DNA of 64,000 bases from TPA_inf: Saccharomyces. Taxonomy: Eukaryota. Under the pieces are notes generated by a model that searched no databases, was not told where the DNA came from, and saw only the letters and a list, made by a program, of their open reading frames with translations. Position numbers and translations under genes: made by a program. Positions 44,812 to 57,713 of this stretch are shown piece after piece (positions within the stretch are counted from its first letter, which is position 1; each line of letters begins with the position of its first letter). Location: assembly GCA_000146045.2 (NCBI GenBank), contig BK006934.2, forward strand, positions 64,001 through 128,000. Reading direction: 5' to 3'.

Positions 44812-45885
44812 ATGACGCGAGATAGCCCAGATTCTAACGACAGCTATAAGCATATAAACAAGAATACTACACAAAAAACCTCGTTTGATAGAAATTCATT
44901 CGATTATATTGTACGATCGGGATTAGCTGGAGGTATATCAGGTTCATGTGCGAAAACACTAATCGCACCCTTAGATAGAATAAAAATTTTATTTCAAACA
45001 TCAAATCCGCACTACACAAAGTACACAGGCTCACTAATAGGATTAGTAGAGGCAGCCAAGCATATATGGATCAATGATGGGGTAAGGGGGTTTTTTCAAG
45101 GCCATTCAGCAACCCTTTTAAGGATTTTTCCATATGCTGCTGTCAAATTTGTTGCTTATGAACAGATTAGGAATACCTTGATTCCCTCAAAAGAATTTGA
45201 GTCACATTGGAGAAGGTTGGTGAGTGGTTCACTGGCAGGATTATGCAGTGTTTTCATAACATATCCGTTAGATCTCGTGAGGGTTAGGTTAGCATATGAA
45301 ACAGAACATAAGAGAGTAAAGCTAGGAAGAATAATCAAGAAAATATATAAGGAACCAGCTTCAGCCACGCTAATCAAAAATGATTATATTCCTAACTGGT
45401 TTTGTCATTGGTGTAATTTTTATAGGGGTTATGTTCCAACTGTACTTGGCATGATACCATATGCAGGTGTTTCCTTTTTTGCTCACGATTTACTTCATGA
45501 TGTGCTGAAGAGTCCTTTCTTTGCCCCTTATTCAGTATTAGAACTTTCAGAAGATGATGAATTGGAAAGAGTACAGAAAAAGCAGAGAAGGCCTTTGCGT
45601 ACGTGGGCTGAATTGATCTCTGGTGGTCTAGCTGGTATGGCCTCCCAAACGGCAGCATATCCATTTGAAATTATTAGGAGAAGGCTCCAAGTAAGTGCAC
45701 TGTCACCAAAAACTATGTATGATCATAAATTTCAATCGATATCTGAAATTGCTCACATAATATTTAAAGAACGTGGAGTACGTGGATTTTTTGTTGGTCT
45801 AAGCATAGGTTATATTAAAGTAACACCTATGGTTGCATGTAGTTTTTTCGTCTATGAAAGAATGAAATGGAATTTTGGCATTTAA
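44812..45885 (+). CDS. LEU5: LEU5 (YHR002W), mitochondrial carrier-family protein (CoA import), 357 aa
   Basis: Three mitochondrial-carrier repeats with P-x-D/E-x-x-K/R signatures (PLDRIKILFQ, PLDLVRVRLA, PFEIIRRRLQ). Confidence 0.9.
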   Translation: MTRDSPDSNDSYKHINKNTTQKTSFDRNSFDYIVRSGLAGGISGSCAKTLIAPLDRIKILFQTSNPHYTKYTGSLIGLVEAAKHIWINDGVRGFFQGHSATLLRIFPYAAVKFVAYEQIRNTLIPSKEFESHWRRLVSGSLAGLCSVFITYPLDLVRVRLAYETEHKRVKLGRIIKKIYKEPASATLIKNDYIPNWFCHWCNFYRGYVPTVLGMIPYAGVSFFAHDLLHDVLKSPFFAPYSVLELSEDDELERVQKKQRRPLRTWAELISGGLAGMASQTAAYPFEIIRRRLQVSALSPKTMYDHKFQSISEIAHIIFKERGVRGFFVGLSIGYIKVTPMVACSFFVYERMKWNFGI

Positions 45886-46027
45886 TTATGCATCGCATTT
45901 TGTTTTATTTGCATATCGCAATGAAACCGTCTATTCGGGTTCTATAGGAAGTACACTGCATTACACTATGATGTAAATAGTATTAATAAATCTATATTCA
46001 ATATGTTGTATTTTTGATCTCCCATTG

Positions 46028-47317
46028 CTAAGAATAGTACTCCTCCTCTTTAAAAAGCCTCTCAATAAAATCGAGAACTTCTTCAGAGTATACAGCTGTC
46101 AGTTTCTCACCATCCAGCAAAATCCTTTTTTCGTGAATTTCTTGCTCTTCTTTCGTCATCAGAACAACATTGGTTAAGGAGATTTCTTTGTTAGCTTCCC
46201 ATTTTGTTAGAGCTAGTTTCGTAGAGTATCCGCTAATAGGAGACTTGCCTCTAAACATTTCTTCAACTATATAACCGACCTCTTCTAATCCAAGCAATGA
46301 CGATCGCTCCTTATTTTCATTCAACCGCGCCATCTGCTTTTGGAAAGTCTCTAGGATGCTGTCATAAAACTTTAACCTATTTTTGACCTCATTTTCTTTC
46401 ATTGGATAGCCTGACACTTTGGTTAAAATCCATGTCGCAATACTCAAACCAAAAATACCAGGCATGGTCCCTAATTCCGGTAAATGTCTGAGAGCCTCAT
46501 CTCTGACAGCATTGATTGCACGATGTTCGCAATCTATAGGAGAGAGTATGTCGTCTCGGCGTGGATCGAGCATTTCATTACTAAAAACAACGGAAATCCC
46601 CGTGGCGATACCCCTCTTCCTCAATTTTCTTCTTACACAACGAGATATAGGGTCAAATTCTGTCATGGATATGTCATTTATACTCACACGGGTAGGATCT
46701 GATTTCGTGGCAACACCCATGGAAGAAATAACATCTATTTTATTGTGATGGGCGTACTCTAATAGGTCTACCTTAGATTCTAGATTATCTAGACAATCCA
46801 CGATAAAAGTTGGGGACTCACCGTCTGCAAAAATTAAATCGTGTGAGTTTTCTTTAGTCCAGGCCTTGGCCCTTGCTTTTATTTCAGACCAAGGAGCAAT
46901 TTTAGACAAGTGTTCTTTCAAGCATTGAACTTTGGGCTTTCCAATATCTGATAAAACTGCGCAACAGTGGGTATTCAAAGAGTCGATAGATATGTTTTCT
47001 GGATCTATAATCATAATTTTCTGACAGCCTGAACGAATTAACATTGTGCATACCCACGATCCCACTTCTCCAGCTCCGACTATAACTATATACTGTTCTT
47101 TGATCTTCCTCATACCTTCTTCGCCAAGAAATGCATAGTTACGAGCCAATTGTTCCCTAAATAAGTGGTCATCATATTGACGAGGTCGCGATACGGTTTT
47201 ATTCTTATTAGCCGCACATGAAAGTTTGTATTCTTTCCATACACTTTTGGCAAGTTGGGTTGAAAACACCGATATAAGAGCTGTAGTAGCAATTAACTTC
47301 CACGTATTATTTGCCAT
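46028..47317 (-). CDS. TCD1: TCD1 (YHR003C), ThiF/MoeB-type E1-like enzyme (tRNA threonylcarbamoyladenosine dehydratase), 429 aa
   Basis: Rossmann nucleotide-binding motif IVGAGEVGSWV and the ThiF-family core; N-terminal TM anchor (outer-membrane type). Confidence 0.86.
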   Translation of the reverse strand: MANNTWKLIATTALISVFSTQLAKSVWKEYKLSCAANKNKTVSRPRQYDDHLFREQLARNYAFLGEEGMRKIKEQYIVIVGAGEVGSWVCTMLIRSGCQKIMIIDPENISIDSLNTHCCAVLSDIGKPKVQCLKEHLSKIAPWSEIKARAKAWTKENSHDLIFADGESPTFIVDCLDNLESKVDLLEYAHHNKIDVISSMGVATKSDPTRVSINDISMTEFDPISRCVRRKLRKRGIATGISVVFSNEMLDPRRDDILSPIDCEHRAINAVRDEALRHLPELGTMPGIFGLSIATWILTKVSGYPMKENEVKNRLKFYDSILETFQKQMARLNENKERSSLLGLEEVGYIVEEMFRGKSPISGYSTKLALTKWEANKEISLTNVVLMTKEEQEIHEKRILLDGEKLTAVYSEEVLDFIERLFKEEEYYS

Positions 47318-47530
47318 TTGTTCGTTCTGCTATCCTAACTAATTGCAGTATTAATACTTTACTAACGCTAGAAAATTTTTTCATAGTCTTGTCTCTTTTC
47401 GCTACTGCATAAAATATGAAAAAGAAATCAAAAAACCTGACAGCAAAATGTAAAGTAAGATACGGGCATTTAGCGTGTCACTGCTGAAGATAACGTAAGA
47501 CTAAAAAAATTTCAAGATTAATTCCCAACC

Positions 47531-47556
47531 TATATATATATATATATATATATATA
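47531..47556. repeat. (TA)13 dinucleotide microsatellite in the TCD1 promoter / NEM1 3' region
   Basis: Direct read tatatata... Confidence 0.9.
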
Positions 47557-47753
47557 CTGTTTAGATCAAGTATATCTTCCTGCTAAATAATTAATATGCT
47601 CGTATGTAGAAAACAAAAAAGAGGTCTTTTCTCTTTTTTCTCCCGTTACTTTTTTCCCTGAATGCAATAACCTTTCCATTAAATGAGCAGCAATGGATAG
47701 GCGATTTATCACCTAAAATTCTCATCTTTTTTGGAAGGACACAATAACAATTG

Positions 47754-49094
47754 TCAGTTTATGTTGAATGCCTTCTCTCCATGTTTCAATGCCAGTATAT
47801 TCCTGACATCTGTTGAATACCTCATAGCCTCCAAGAAAGGTAACAGGTTCAGTAAGTCCGTATCAGTTGGATCACTTATCCATCCTTCTACTTGAATAGC
47901 GTTATCTACATTCATTGCGTAACTTACCGGGCTGTTATCTATAATAATGACATCATCCAAAGAAGAGGAGCTGCCTTTCCCGTTTTCTTCGGAGTCCTTG
48001 ACAATGCTCAAATCTTTAATGTATCCAACACCATCCCTTAGAACGCAATCAGAACGGTAATATCTTTTTGAAAAACTGGATGGGAAGGAGCTTTCTAACC
48101 AATCTATCACAGGATCAGCGTATTCTTTCATGGATGCTGTAAAAATGATAAGGTCGTACCATTTGCTAACTTTTGTCAAAAATAAATCACAGTAAGGCCT
48201 CTTGTGAATAAAGTATAGTGTACGAATTCCGCTCAATCCAAACTTCACTTCCACCAAGTGACCCTGAGAAGAATTACTATGCGTTGTACTTCGAGAAGCC
48301 GAGTGAATTAAGGTCTCATCGAGATCTATAACCAGTTTCTTTTTCTTTTGTGTGTTAAGCACGGATTTAGGTATCAGCTTCTTTGGAAATAAGAACCTTC
48401 CCATTCGTTTTGTACCAAATACGGTATTAGAACTTGAATGATTAGAAAGTGATAGTTCTGATTTGGAATAACTTCTTGGCCTTGATTTGACAGATTGAGC
48501 TCTAAGTAATGAGCCTTTAACATTATCCCTTTGTAGAATTATCTCATCACTGGCATTTAAGTCATCCTCAACTGCCTCGGGAATCGTATTTAGATTGCAA
48601 TTTTTAGGATTTGTTTTCTCGCTAGAATCGTTAATATTGCTTGAACTGACAGGCAGCTCATTCTCACTAGCATTTGAACCCCTGTTTCTCTTATCGGTGT
48701 GTTTTACACGACGCTCGATGACACTTAGTGGGAAGGTAAAAACAAACCATAAAGACATCAAGGGCTTGATTATCAGATAATACGGAAGAAAAAGTAGTAG
48801 TGCCCACAAAATTGACGCTATTTTCTCTATTAGGATGGAACGTAAAGCTTTTGGTTTTTTAGGAACAGAATTTTTGCGCTCTTGATTTTGATCAGATTCT
48901 TTTAAGTGGCTTGAGGAGTGGTCGTACTGTTGGTCCACCTCACTAACGCAATCATTTTCGCTGTGGCTAGTATATTTGTTCGAAACTTCCTTTGAAGGGC
49001 CTAGTAGATCTTGATTCTTTGTCACCTCAACATTGATTTTTTTTTGTTTCTTTGTAGTTATTAAATGATTTGAGAAATATTTTAGGGCATTCAT
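47754..49094 (-). CDS. NEM1: NEM1 (YHR004C), catalytic subunit of the Nem1-Spo7 phosphatase (FCP1/NIF-type HAD phosphatase), 446 aa
   Basis: HAD/FCP catalytic motif LVIDLDETLIHS; two N-terminal TM segments; C-terminal NIF domain. Confidence 0.9.
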   Translation of the reverse strand: MNALKYFSNHLITTKKQKKINVEVTKNQDLLGPSKEVSNKYTSHSENDCVSEVDQQYDHSSSHLKESDQNQERKNSVPKKPKALRSILIEKIASILWALLLFLPYYLIIKPLMSLWFVFTFPLSVIERRVKHTDKRNRGSNASENELPVSSSNINDSSEKTNPKNCNLNTIPEAVEDDLNASDEIILQRDNVKGSLLRAQSVKSRPRSYSKSELSLSNHSSSNTVFGTKRMGRFLFPKKLIPKSVLNTQKKKKLVIDLDETLIHSASRSTTHSNSSQGHLVEVKFGLSGIRTLYFIHKRPYCDLFLTKVSKWYDLIIFTASMKEYADPVIDWLESSFPSSFSKRYYRSDCVLRDGVGYIKDLSIVKDSEENGKGSSSSLDDVIIIDNSPVSYAMNVDNAIQVEGWISDPTDTDLLNLLPFLEAMRYSTDVRNILALKHGEKAFNIN

Positions 49095-49498
49095 TCAATT
49101 AATGAAACAATGTCCAGAAATTAACAACAATAAAGAAAAGTGAGAATAGGATGCAAAATAGGTTCTATATATCCCGAGTATTTACCAGGGAGAAGAATTC
49201 GAGATAATACCCTGTCCTTACGTAGAAGAATCAATTGTTTTCAAGAGTTTTTCTTCTAAAAAAGTGTCTGGACCTTTTTTTTCTCATGCGATTTTATTAC
49301 CCTTGTTTTTCAATTGAAAACCCGGAACGATTTAACGAGATCAAGAACTGTTGAACAAAATGGCTTTTTCATTTGGCATTCCATCATAGACTCTAATGGA
49401 GAAGAAAAATAGTAATTTTTTCTGGTGCTGCTGCTCCTTCTTGCATCTTCGGAAACAGAATTTACGTATCTAAACACTACTTTAATTATACAGTTCCT

Positions 49499-50917
49499 TC
49501 ATATAATACCAATTTTTTTAAGGTTTTGCTGGATGATTAGATCGGTGACTGCACTCAATACGAACTTCATAGTTTGGGTATCGGTAGCGCAGGTTCGTTT
49601 CACGTAGATTGGTTTGTTTGTCTTATTCAAGCTCAAAAATATCTTCTCAAAATATTTTAGACCCGCTTCTGCATCGCCGACACGTCCCTGGTAATCAGGA
49701 AAGTACTTTCTTATGGGCATGCTTTTTACCTTTTCCTCGAACAAATCAATTTTATTTAAAAACAAAATAAACGGTGTATCTTTGAACCACTTAGAGTTCA
49801 ATAACGTGTCAAATAGCATTATTGATTCATGCATTCTGTTCACTCTTTCATCCTCAAACAACATCTGGTCGTATTCACTCATTGCTAAAACAAATAAAAC
49901 TGCTGTAATTCCTTCGAAACAATGAATCCACTTCTTACGTTCAGAACGCTGCCCACCAGCGTCGAGAACCTTGAATTTGGACGAGCCGATGTTAAATTCG
50001 GTTTCTGTAATGCCTGTAGTCTTTATACGGCCCTTCAAAATGTCTTCATCCGTACAGACATAATTCGGACTAGCAAATTTCTCAATGTTATCAAAGTAGT
50101 ATGCAGCTGAGCCCTCCAATTGAAACTCATTAGAACGTGCAAAACACTGCTTTATACCTTTGTCGTTATTCCAAAGTTGCTTTATTGCCTTAGCAATGTC
50201 TTCGTGAATAAGATTTCGTCTATTTTGTCCTTGAATTTCCCTTGATGTTTTTCTAACAAACATCTGGTCATCGCCTTCTTGGTTCAAGTCCTTGCAAATA
50301 TCCTGTAGGTTAATTCTACTACTGTTGTTTCTATCAGCATCCTCATTTTGCGTCACCGTTTCAGCATCTCTGTCAGTGTCACTTTTGACATTAGAAATAT
50401 TTCCGTCTTCATCGAAAGCAGCTTTTGCTCGTCCGGTACTCTGAACACGCCTCCTAGTTTCATACCTTTCTGAGTACTTCAGTACATAATCATTTAGAAA
50501 ATCAGAACCACCGGCAACACTGGCGTTGATATAATCTAAAGCTTTAGCCTTTAGCAGTATTCTCTTGCATGCAAACAAATCTTTATTGTTGATCGGATCA
50601 TCACAGTCAAGTTGAATACCTAGTTTTCTGGCCTGAATAATCAAAATTTTCATTGATTGTATGGCATCTGCCCATATCACTTGAGCATACTGTAACCTTT
50701 CTTGATGGGAGAAACCGCCTTGATGTAATAATTTTAATTGTTTTAAAACCGTTGATTTACCTGACTCACCGGCACCTAATAGTAACAGTTTTATTTCATT
50801 CTTGTCACGTTGTTTCTCCAGCTGCAACGATTGCTCGATGACATCATTGGCTCTTTTGTTCTGTAGAAAAGGATCACTTTCGTCTCCTATTGTTTGCGTA
50901 CTCACTGTACACCCCAT
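49499..50917 (-). CDS. GPA1: GPA1 (YHR005C), pheromone-pathway G-protein alpha subunit, 472 aa
   Basis: MGCTVS (myristoylation/palmitoylation site), P-loop GAGESGKST, DxxGQ (DAGGQRSERKKW), NKxD (NKID), and the yeast-specific roughly 110-aa insert. Confidence 0.94.
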   Translation of the reverse strand: MGCTVSTQTIGDESDPFLQNKRANDVIEQSLQLEKQRDKNEIKLLLLGAGESGKSTVLKQLKLLHQGGFSHQERLQYAQVIWADAIQSMKILIIQARKLGIQLDCDDPINNKDLFACKRILLKAKALDYINASVAGGSDFLNDYVLKYSERYETRRRVQSTGRAKAAFDEDGNISNVKSDTDRDAETVTQNEDADRNNSSRINLQDICKDLNQEGDDQMFVRKTSREIQGQNRRNLIHEDIAKAIKQLWNNDKGIKQCFARSNEFQLEGSAAYYFDNIEKFASPNYVCTDEDILKGRIKTTGITETEFNIGSSKFKVLDAGGQRSERKKWIHCFEGITAVLFVLAMSEYDQMLFEDERVNRMHESIMLFDTLLNSKWFKDTPFILFLNKIDLFEEKVKSMPIRKYFPDYQGRVGDAEAGLKYFEKIFLSLNKTNKPIYVKRTCATDTQTMKFVLSAVTDLIIQQNLKKIGII

Positions 50918-51313
50918 TATTTCCTACCTTAATATATCAATTTATACACCTCTGGATTATTGATGTGATGCTAAAATACCAATTTACAGTATGAATAGCT
51001 TCTACTCAGTTTGGTCTTAGAAATGGTCAAAAATGTTAGAAACGGAGTGACAAGAAAAAATGAATAACAGATCAAAAGATTACGAATAATATAAAACGTA
51101 AAGAAATTGGTGGAATTCTACTATCCTCTTCATTTTAGACTATTTTTTAATATTTCCCTTTAAGGAAAACAATATGTAACAAAAAAATTTCTGCTCTCCA
51201 TTTAATTGCATTTCTACAAGGAAGAATACGCAGAAGGACGCGCAGAGCCCTAAATTGATGTGCTTTTTAACATGCTGAGCCGAGTGCGTTTCGGTGAAAT
51301 AACACGAAGATGC

Positions 51314-51328
51314 GTTTCAAATTGAAAC
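51314..51328. promoter_or_regulatory. Inverted pair of pheromone-response-element-like half sites (cGTTTCA aat TGAAACt), about 400 bp upstream of GPA1
   Basis: Direct read tgcgtttcaaattgaaacta; the PRE consensus is TGAAACA (Ste12), each half has one mismatch; GPA1 is pheromone-inducible. Confidence 0.35.
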
Positions 51329-51619
51329 TAGTCAGTGTTATCTGCATGAAAAGGGAATATCGTTATGCATTCAGTTTTCCAATAGAGACATTTTTTTTTT
51401 TTTAGATTCGGCTTGCTTTATCCACCTATGATCTTGTTTTCAAACAACATGTGCCATGTAAGATAAAAAGGTAAAGATGAAGTACAGAAAAGAGTATAAT
51501 GTTACTTGTATATACAGGATATGAATCAATAATACTAATTATAACGTTGAGTCGAGTAAAACAGCTTATGGATTTCTTTTCTTATTTTCGTCTTATCATT
51601 ACTGCTTTAATGCACATTT

Positions 51620-51901
51620 CTAAAACTTACCGGCTGCGTTAAATGATTGGCCCATTTTCTGCATGTTTTCACCGACTTGAACATTGGTCTCAAAATATTT
51701 GGCCACACATCTGTCTAGGCACGAAGATTCATTCTTATTCAGCTCACCCTCGGAATAAGAAGTATTGATACATTTTTTATAACAGTTATTAACCAATTTA
51801 TTGAACATGTCTGTGACCAAATCTAGTTCAGCTTCCGCAGCTTGAATCTTTTGTTGAGATGATAATTGAGGCTGACCACCACCGAAACCTAAGAAAGACA
51901 T
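51620..51901 (-). CDS. TIM10: TIM10 (YHR005C-A), small Tim intermembrane-space chaperone, 93 aa
   Basis: Twin CX3C motif (CYKKC ... CLDRC) in [70 protein letters not shown]... Confidence 0.93.
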   Translation of the reverse strand: MSFLGFGGGQPQLSSQQKIQAAEAELDLVTDMFNKLVNNCYKKCINTSYSEGELNKNESSCLDRCVAKYFETNVQVGENMQKMGQSFNAAGKF

Positions 51902-52106
51902 GTTTTTCTAAGTATGATAGTTCCTTCTTTTGCTTGTTTATCTGTTAAAAGACATGAGAGGGGAACGAGGAGAGTAATAGTTCTTTAGAGAGCTTGCTCT
52001 TGTACGTTCACTGCCAGCTCTCTCGCTGAAAAAATTAAAGAAAAAAAATGTCCGATAGCTTCAGAGGGTGATCATCAGCTACGAATTGGGAAATCAATGC
52101 AAAAAA

Positions 52107-52179
52107 TGCTTCCAATCGGATTTGAACCGATGATCTCCACATTACTAGTGTGGCGCCTTACCAACTTGGCCATAGAAGC
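52107..52179 (-). tRNA. tT(AGU): tRNA-Thr (anticodon AGU), 73 nt, intronless
   Basis: Minus-strand read GCTTCTATGGCCAAGTTGGTAAGGCGCCACACTAGTAATGTGGAGATCATCGGTTCAAATCCGATTGGAAGCA; anticodon loop CTAGTAA; T-arm GGTTCAAATCC. Confidence 0.88.
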
Positions 52180-52420
52180 TCTAATAGTGATAGGACCCAG
52201 ATTATATTTAGTGACTTGTTGATAAATGTTTTAAAATATTACCTTCGTGTCGTTATCGTTACTGAGGAAAGATTTGCAAAAAATAATTACATACTTGGGC
52301 TCTTCTGAACGAACAAGTTAACCAAAAAGGTGTATATTACTTCCTCTTGTTTTGTTTCCGGGCTAATGCTTACCTTTCCTTTGTTTCCAATGTTCTTCTT
52401 TAACACCAAAACATACTATT

Positions 52421-52752
52421 TGAGAAATGGGTGAATGTTGAGATAATTGTTGGGATTCCATTTTTGATAAAGGCTATAATATTAGGTATACAGAATATAC
52501 TAGAAGTTCTCCTCGAGGATATAGGAATCCTCAAAATGGAATCTATATTTCTATTTACTAATATCACGATTATTCCTCATTCCGTTTTATATGTTTCATT
52601 ATCCTATTACATTATCAATCCTTGCACTTCAGCTTCCTCTAACATCGATGACAGCTTCTCATAACTTATGTCATCATCTTAACACCGTATATGATAATAT
52701 ATTGATAATATAACTATTAGTTGATAGACGATAGTGGATTTTTATTCCAACA
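52421..52752 (-). mobile_element. Solo delta (Ty1/Ty2 LTR), 332 bp, flanked by a perfect 5-bp target-site duplication CTATT (52416..52420 and 52753..52757); about 240 bp upstream of tRNA-Thr
   Basis: Plus strand starts TGAGAAATGGGTGAATGTTGAGATAATTGTTGGGATTCC and ends ...GTGGATTTTTATTCCAACA, which are the canonical delta termini reversed. Identical CTATT flanks read directly. Confidence 0.88.
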
Positions 52753-52757
52753 CTATT

Positions 52758-53068
52758 TGAGGTTTGGCAACTGTTGAAATTATTGTTAGGACATTGTTAA
52801 AAAAGGTTCTTTTATTAGGTCTACAAAAACAAAAAAAGTTTTTTCACGAGGACAGCGTGAATCACAAAGGTGAGGTCAATAGTTTTACATAATAATAAAT
52901 AACGTTTTTTTTTTCTTCCTTTCATGTGTTGCCTTTCTTTATCCAATTACATTGTCAGCCCTTACATTTCAGTGCCTATTGAATTTGTTGACCACTTCCC
53001 ATCAGCAATACCATCCTCTTACGCAATATATGATAATATACCCGCGACATAAATATTAGGTTAAAAAC
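52758..53068 (-). mobile_element. Degenerate, older delta-like LTR relic immediately adjacent to the intact solo delta
   Basis: Starts TGAGGTTTGGCAACTGTTGAAATTATTGTTAGGACATTG (compare the delta TGAGAAATGGGTGAATGTTGAGATAATTGTTGGGATTCC). It contains ...TTACATTGTCAGCCCTTACATTTCAG... and ...ATATGATAATATAC..., which are delta-like but heavily diverged and truncated. Confidence 0.5.
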
Positions 53069-53813
53069 AGACGGCAAAATGTGCCTTGGGCGGCAAAATC
53101 ATGAGAAGCGCACATGTCGTGATATCAATAGCACGGAATTCCAGAAGAGAGAAAATACCAGCACTTATAACAAATGATCACAGTAAGCGTGAAAAAGAAG
53201 AGCCTGTTGCTACAAAGAACATTGAAATGATAAAATAGTGAAAGAATTCCAATGAATGGGAATATGGATGGCATTTTGGCAAGAAATTGGGCGGTAAATT
53301 TTCGTAAAGCTGATTGATGGTCAGCAAAACTCTCTTCAGAAGAACCAGAGAAATGGGCCAATTCTCACGAAGAAAATTCTTATAGTGTGTAAGCATAGGT
53401 AACGATCACGATACCATTAATTACCTGCAGTCAAGAACGAGATTTATTAACTGAAGAAAAAAAACAGACCATTTCCCACAAAAATTGTCGACGTTTAACT
53501 TGTGACTGATAGAAAGTTATAAAGTAAGCTATTAATGGAGGTTCTGAACGCATGACATGCTCCTCTAAGGGCTAGAATAGAGATTATAATGTTATTTGAA
53601 GATTGAAAGTCTGTTACCCTTCTTAGAGTCATCCATTCGAACGAAGAGTATCTTTTTTTAGAATTCTTATCATTTTTTTTTTCTCTTCACATTCCAATAC
53701 GGGCAAAAAGCGAGAAAAACGATGATTAATAAATGAAAAACAGTGATTAATCATCCGACAAACAGACAAATGCAAGAGAGCAAAAAGTTGGGGAAGTAAG
53801 GAAATCCATTATC

Positions 53814-55439
53814 ATGCCTATCTTATCACTATCTTCAACACGGAACAGCGTGTTAACAAGGATATATGACTACCTTAAAGCATTAGTGCAGCAAGTGATT
53901 GTGCCCAATGTGGAAGACGACAAATCTTCGAAAAGTACTCCTTTCGAAAAGTTAGAACCTGCGAAACAGAACCATCCACAGAAAGACTGCTGTGCTACCG
54001 AAAAGGACGATCTGGTTGACGTGAGCGAATTATTTCCCAAACAGAACAACAAACAATTGAGTCTAACATCAAAATCTTCAGTTGTACCCTGTGCTTTAAA
54101 TTTGGATAACCTAGAAACACCTTTCTCAATTAAAATTGATAATAATGGTGCAGTCACTACACAGTTGAACTTGGACGAACCGATTTTACGGGGCCCTAGC
54201 CGCGGCGAGCCAGCAAAGTTACAGAATGACTTGATAAGTTCTCCCCCGCTAGAGGAATCCTATATCAATAATGACCAGTACAAAGCTCTTTTCCCCTCTA
54301 ATTTCCTTCCAATCACGCCCGTAAGTAGCGTAATCACTCCTGCATCGAAGAAAAGTATTGATGAATCTCCCCTATCCGATGAGGTTCAAGGAATTGCTGA
54401 TGAGTCATCCGAAACTTTACCATATATATGTCACTATTGCGATGCTAGGTTCCGAATCAGAGGTTACTTAACACGACACATAAAAAAGCATGCGAAAAGG
54501 AAGGCCTATCACTGTCCATTTTTTGATAATAGCATTTCGCAAGAATTGCGATGCCATACTTCTGGGGGGTTTAGCAGAAGAGATACCTACAAAACACATT
54601 TGAAATCTAGACATTTCACTTACCCAGAAGGTGTTAAGCCTCAGGACCGTAATAAATCACCTGGAGTGTGCACTCAATGTGGGGAACACTTTAGCACTAG
54701 TGAGAGCTGGGTGGAAAACCACATTGAGGCTGGGAGTTGCAAAGGTTTACCAGAAGGCTATTCAGAGGGAATACGAGAGAAGAAAAAGACGTCTAAAATG
54801 AAAATGATAAAGACTTCGGATGGCCAAACAAGGTTCATCTCATCCGACGAAAGTGTTTCCGAACCAGCTTTACAAAATAAGAATTGTATAGAAGCGACAG
54901 TAATGCAGTCCAAGGAACGCCCTAATGACAAGATCATACCAACCAAAACCGAAAAAAACGATTTTGGAATAGGCACTCAATGGTTTGAACGCAAACAAAT
55001 ATCAAGACCTACACAAACTACACAATCAAGAGGACCTACAGAAGTCCAAAATCTCAAAGAGTGGTCAATAATATCTCCCCCAATTTTGTCACCCCAAAAT
55101 GCATCTTCTGTACCACAAGAGTATCAATCATCAAGATACACATTGCATATGGATTCTCCAGCATTATCCTCTGCCTCCTCAGCGCTATCTCCACTTTCAG
55201 GCGATCCAATAACAACTACAGAAACAAATAAGTCATACCCATTGGATTCAGAGCAATCGTTGTTGGAGCCAGACAAAACCGAGGAGGACGCAATCAATCA
55301 GTCAAAGGAAAGCAATATGATTTCCATTAATGAGATGTTACAGAAGCAAATGGACTTTGAACTTCTGGGTGAGAATCATTTGAAGGAGACTCAAGATTAT
55401 CTGGCCCTTTACAAAAAAGCTTATGGGATAGAATTTTAA
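53814..55439 (+). CDS. STP2: STP2 (YHR006W), SPS-sensor-regulated C2H2 zinc-finger transcription factor, 541 aa
   Basis: Three C2H2-type fingers (YICHYCDARFRIRGYLTRHIKKH; HCPFF...HTSGGFSRRDTYKTHLKSRH; CTQCGEHFSTSESWVENH) and the N-terminal Ssy5-processing region. Confidence 0.88.
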   Translation: MPILSLSSTRNSVLTRIYDYLKALVQQVIVPNVEDDKSSKSTPFEKLEPAKQNHPQKDCCATEKDDLVDVSELFPKQNNKQLSLTSKSSVVPCALNLDNLETPFSIKIDNNGAVTTQLNLDEPILRGPSRGEPAKLQNDLISSPPLEESYINNDQYKALFPSNFLPITPVSSVITPASKKSIDESPLSDEVQGIADESSETLPYICHYCDARFRIRGYLTRHIKKHAKRKAYHCPFFDNSISQELRCHTSGGFSRRDTYKTHLKSRHFTYPEGVKPQDRNKSPGVCTQCGEHFSTSESWVENHIEAGSCKGLPEGYSEGIREKKKTSKMKMIKTSDGQTRFISSDESVSEPALQNKNCIEATVMQSKERPNDKIIPTKTEKNDFGIGTQWFERKQISRPTQTTQSRGPTEVQNLKEWSIISPPILSPQNASSVPQEYQSSRYTLHMDSPALSSASSALSPLSGDPITTTETNKSYPLDSEQSLLEPDKTEEDAINQSKESNMISINEMLQKQMDFELLGENHLKETQDYLALYKKAYGIEF

Positions 55440-56090
55440 GGTTAATTCAGGTATTATTTTTATGGCGGTTTCAGGTATTTTACGTAATATTATTATTATA
55501 TCATTTTTGTAGCAATATATTATTTTTAGCGGTGCTTTATAAAACAATGGATACTAAGGATGGTTCAATTCACTCATCATTTGGATTTATCACTATAAAA
55601 AGCAGTAATGAATCTTATATACATTTATTTCAGTGAATCCATATTTAAGAGAGCTTCCTCAGTGACCCCTCCCCAAAACTCCTCTCCTCCTGGGCCCTCT
55701 CTTGATTAATTTAAATTGCAAAAAGATTTACAAGTTTGCGAAAAGACTGCTTTATTTCCGCTTGGCCTGTGAGCTGTGTGTTCTCTCTTCTAATCCAGTA
55801 GGCATGTTGCATAAATAAACCTTATATTTGATGTTGTTTTAGAAATGTAATCTATATATAATTTCGTAGTATAAATATTTATAAATAAAGAAGTGAAACC
55901 ATACCACTCATAAATAATGCGGGATGGTTGTCCAAGTTTGAAAGTAACTAAAGAACATAACTCGATGTCATATCAAACGTACTGGCAAATAAAATAAATC
56001 ATTGGAGATGGATGAGTGTGGCGATAAGGCCCACGTGAATGTACAACTTCTCTCTTTTTCTGTTTTTTTTTTTTTTCTCAGTTACAAACC

Positions 56091-57713
<1,623 letters not shown>

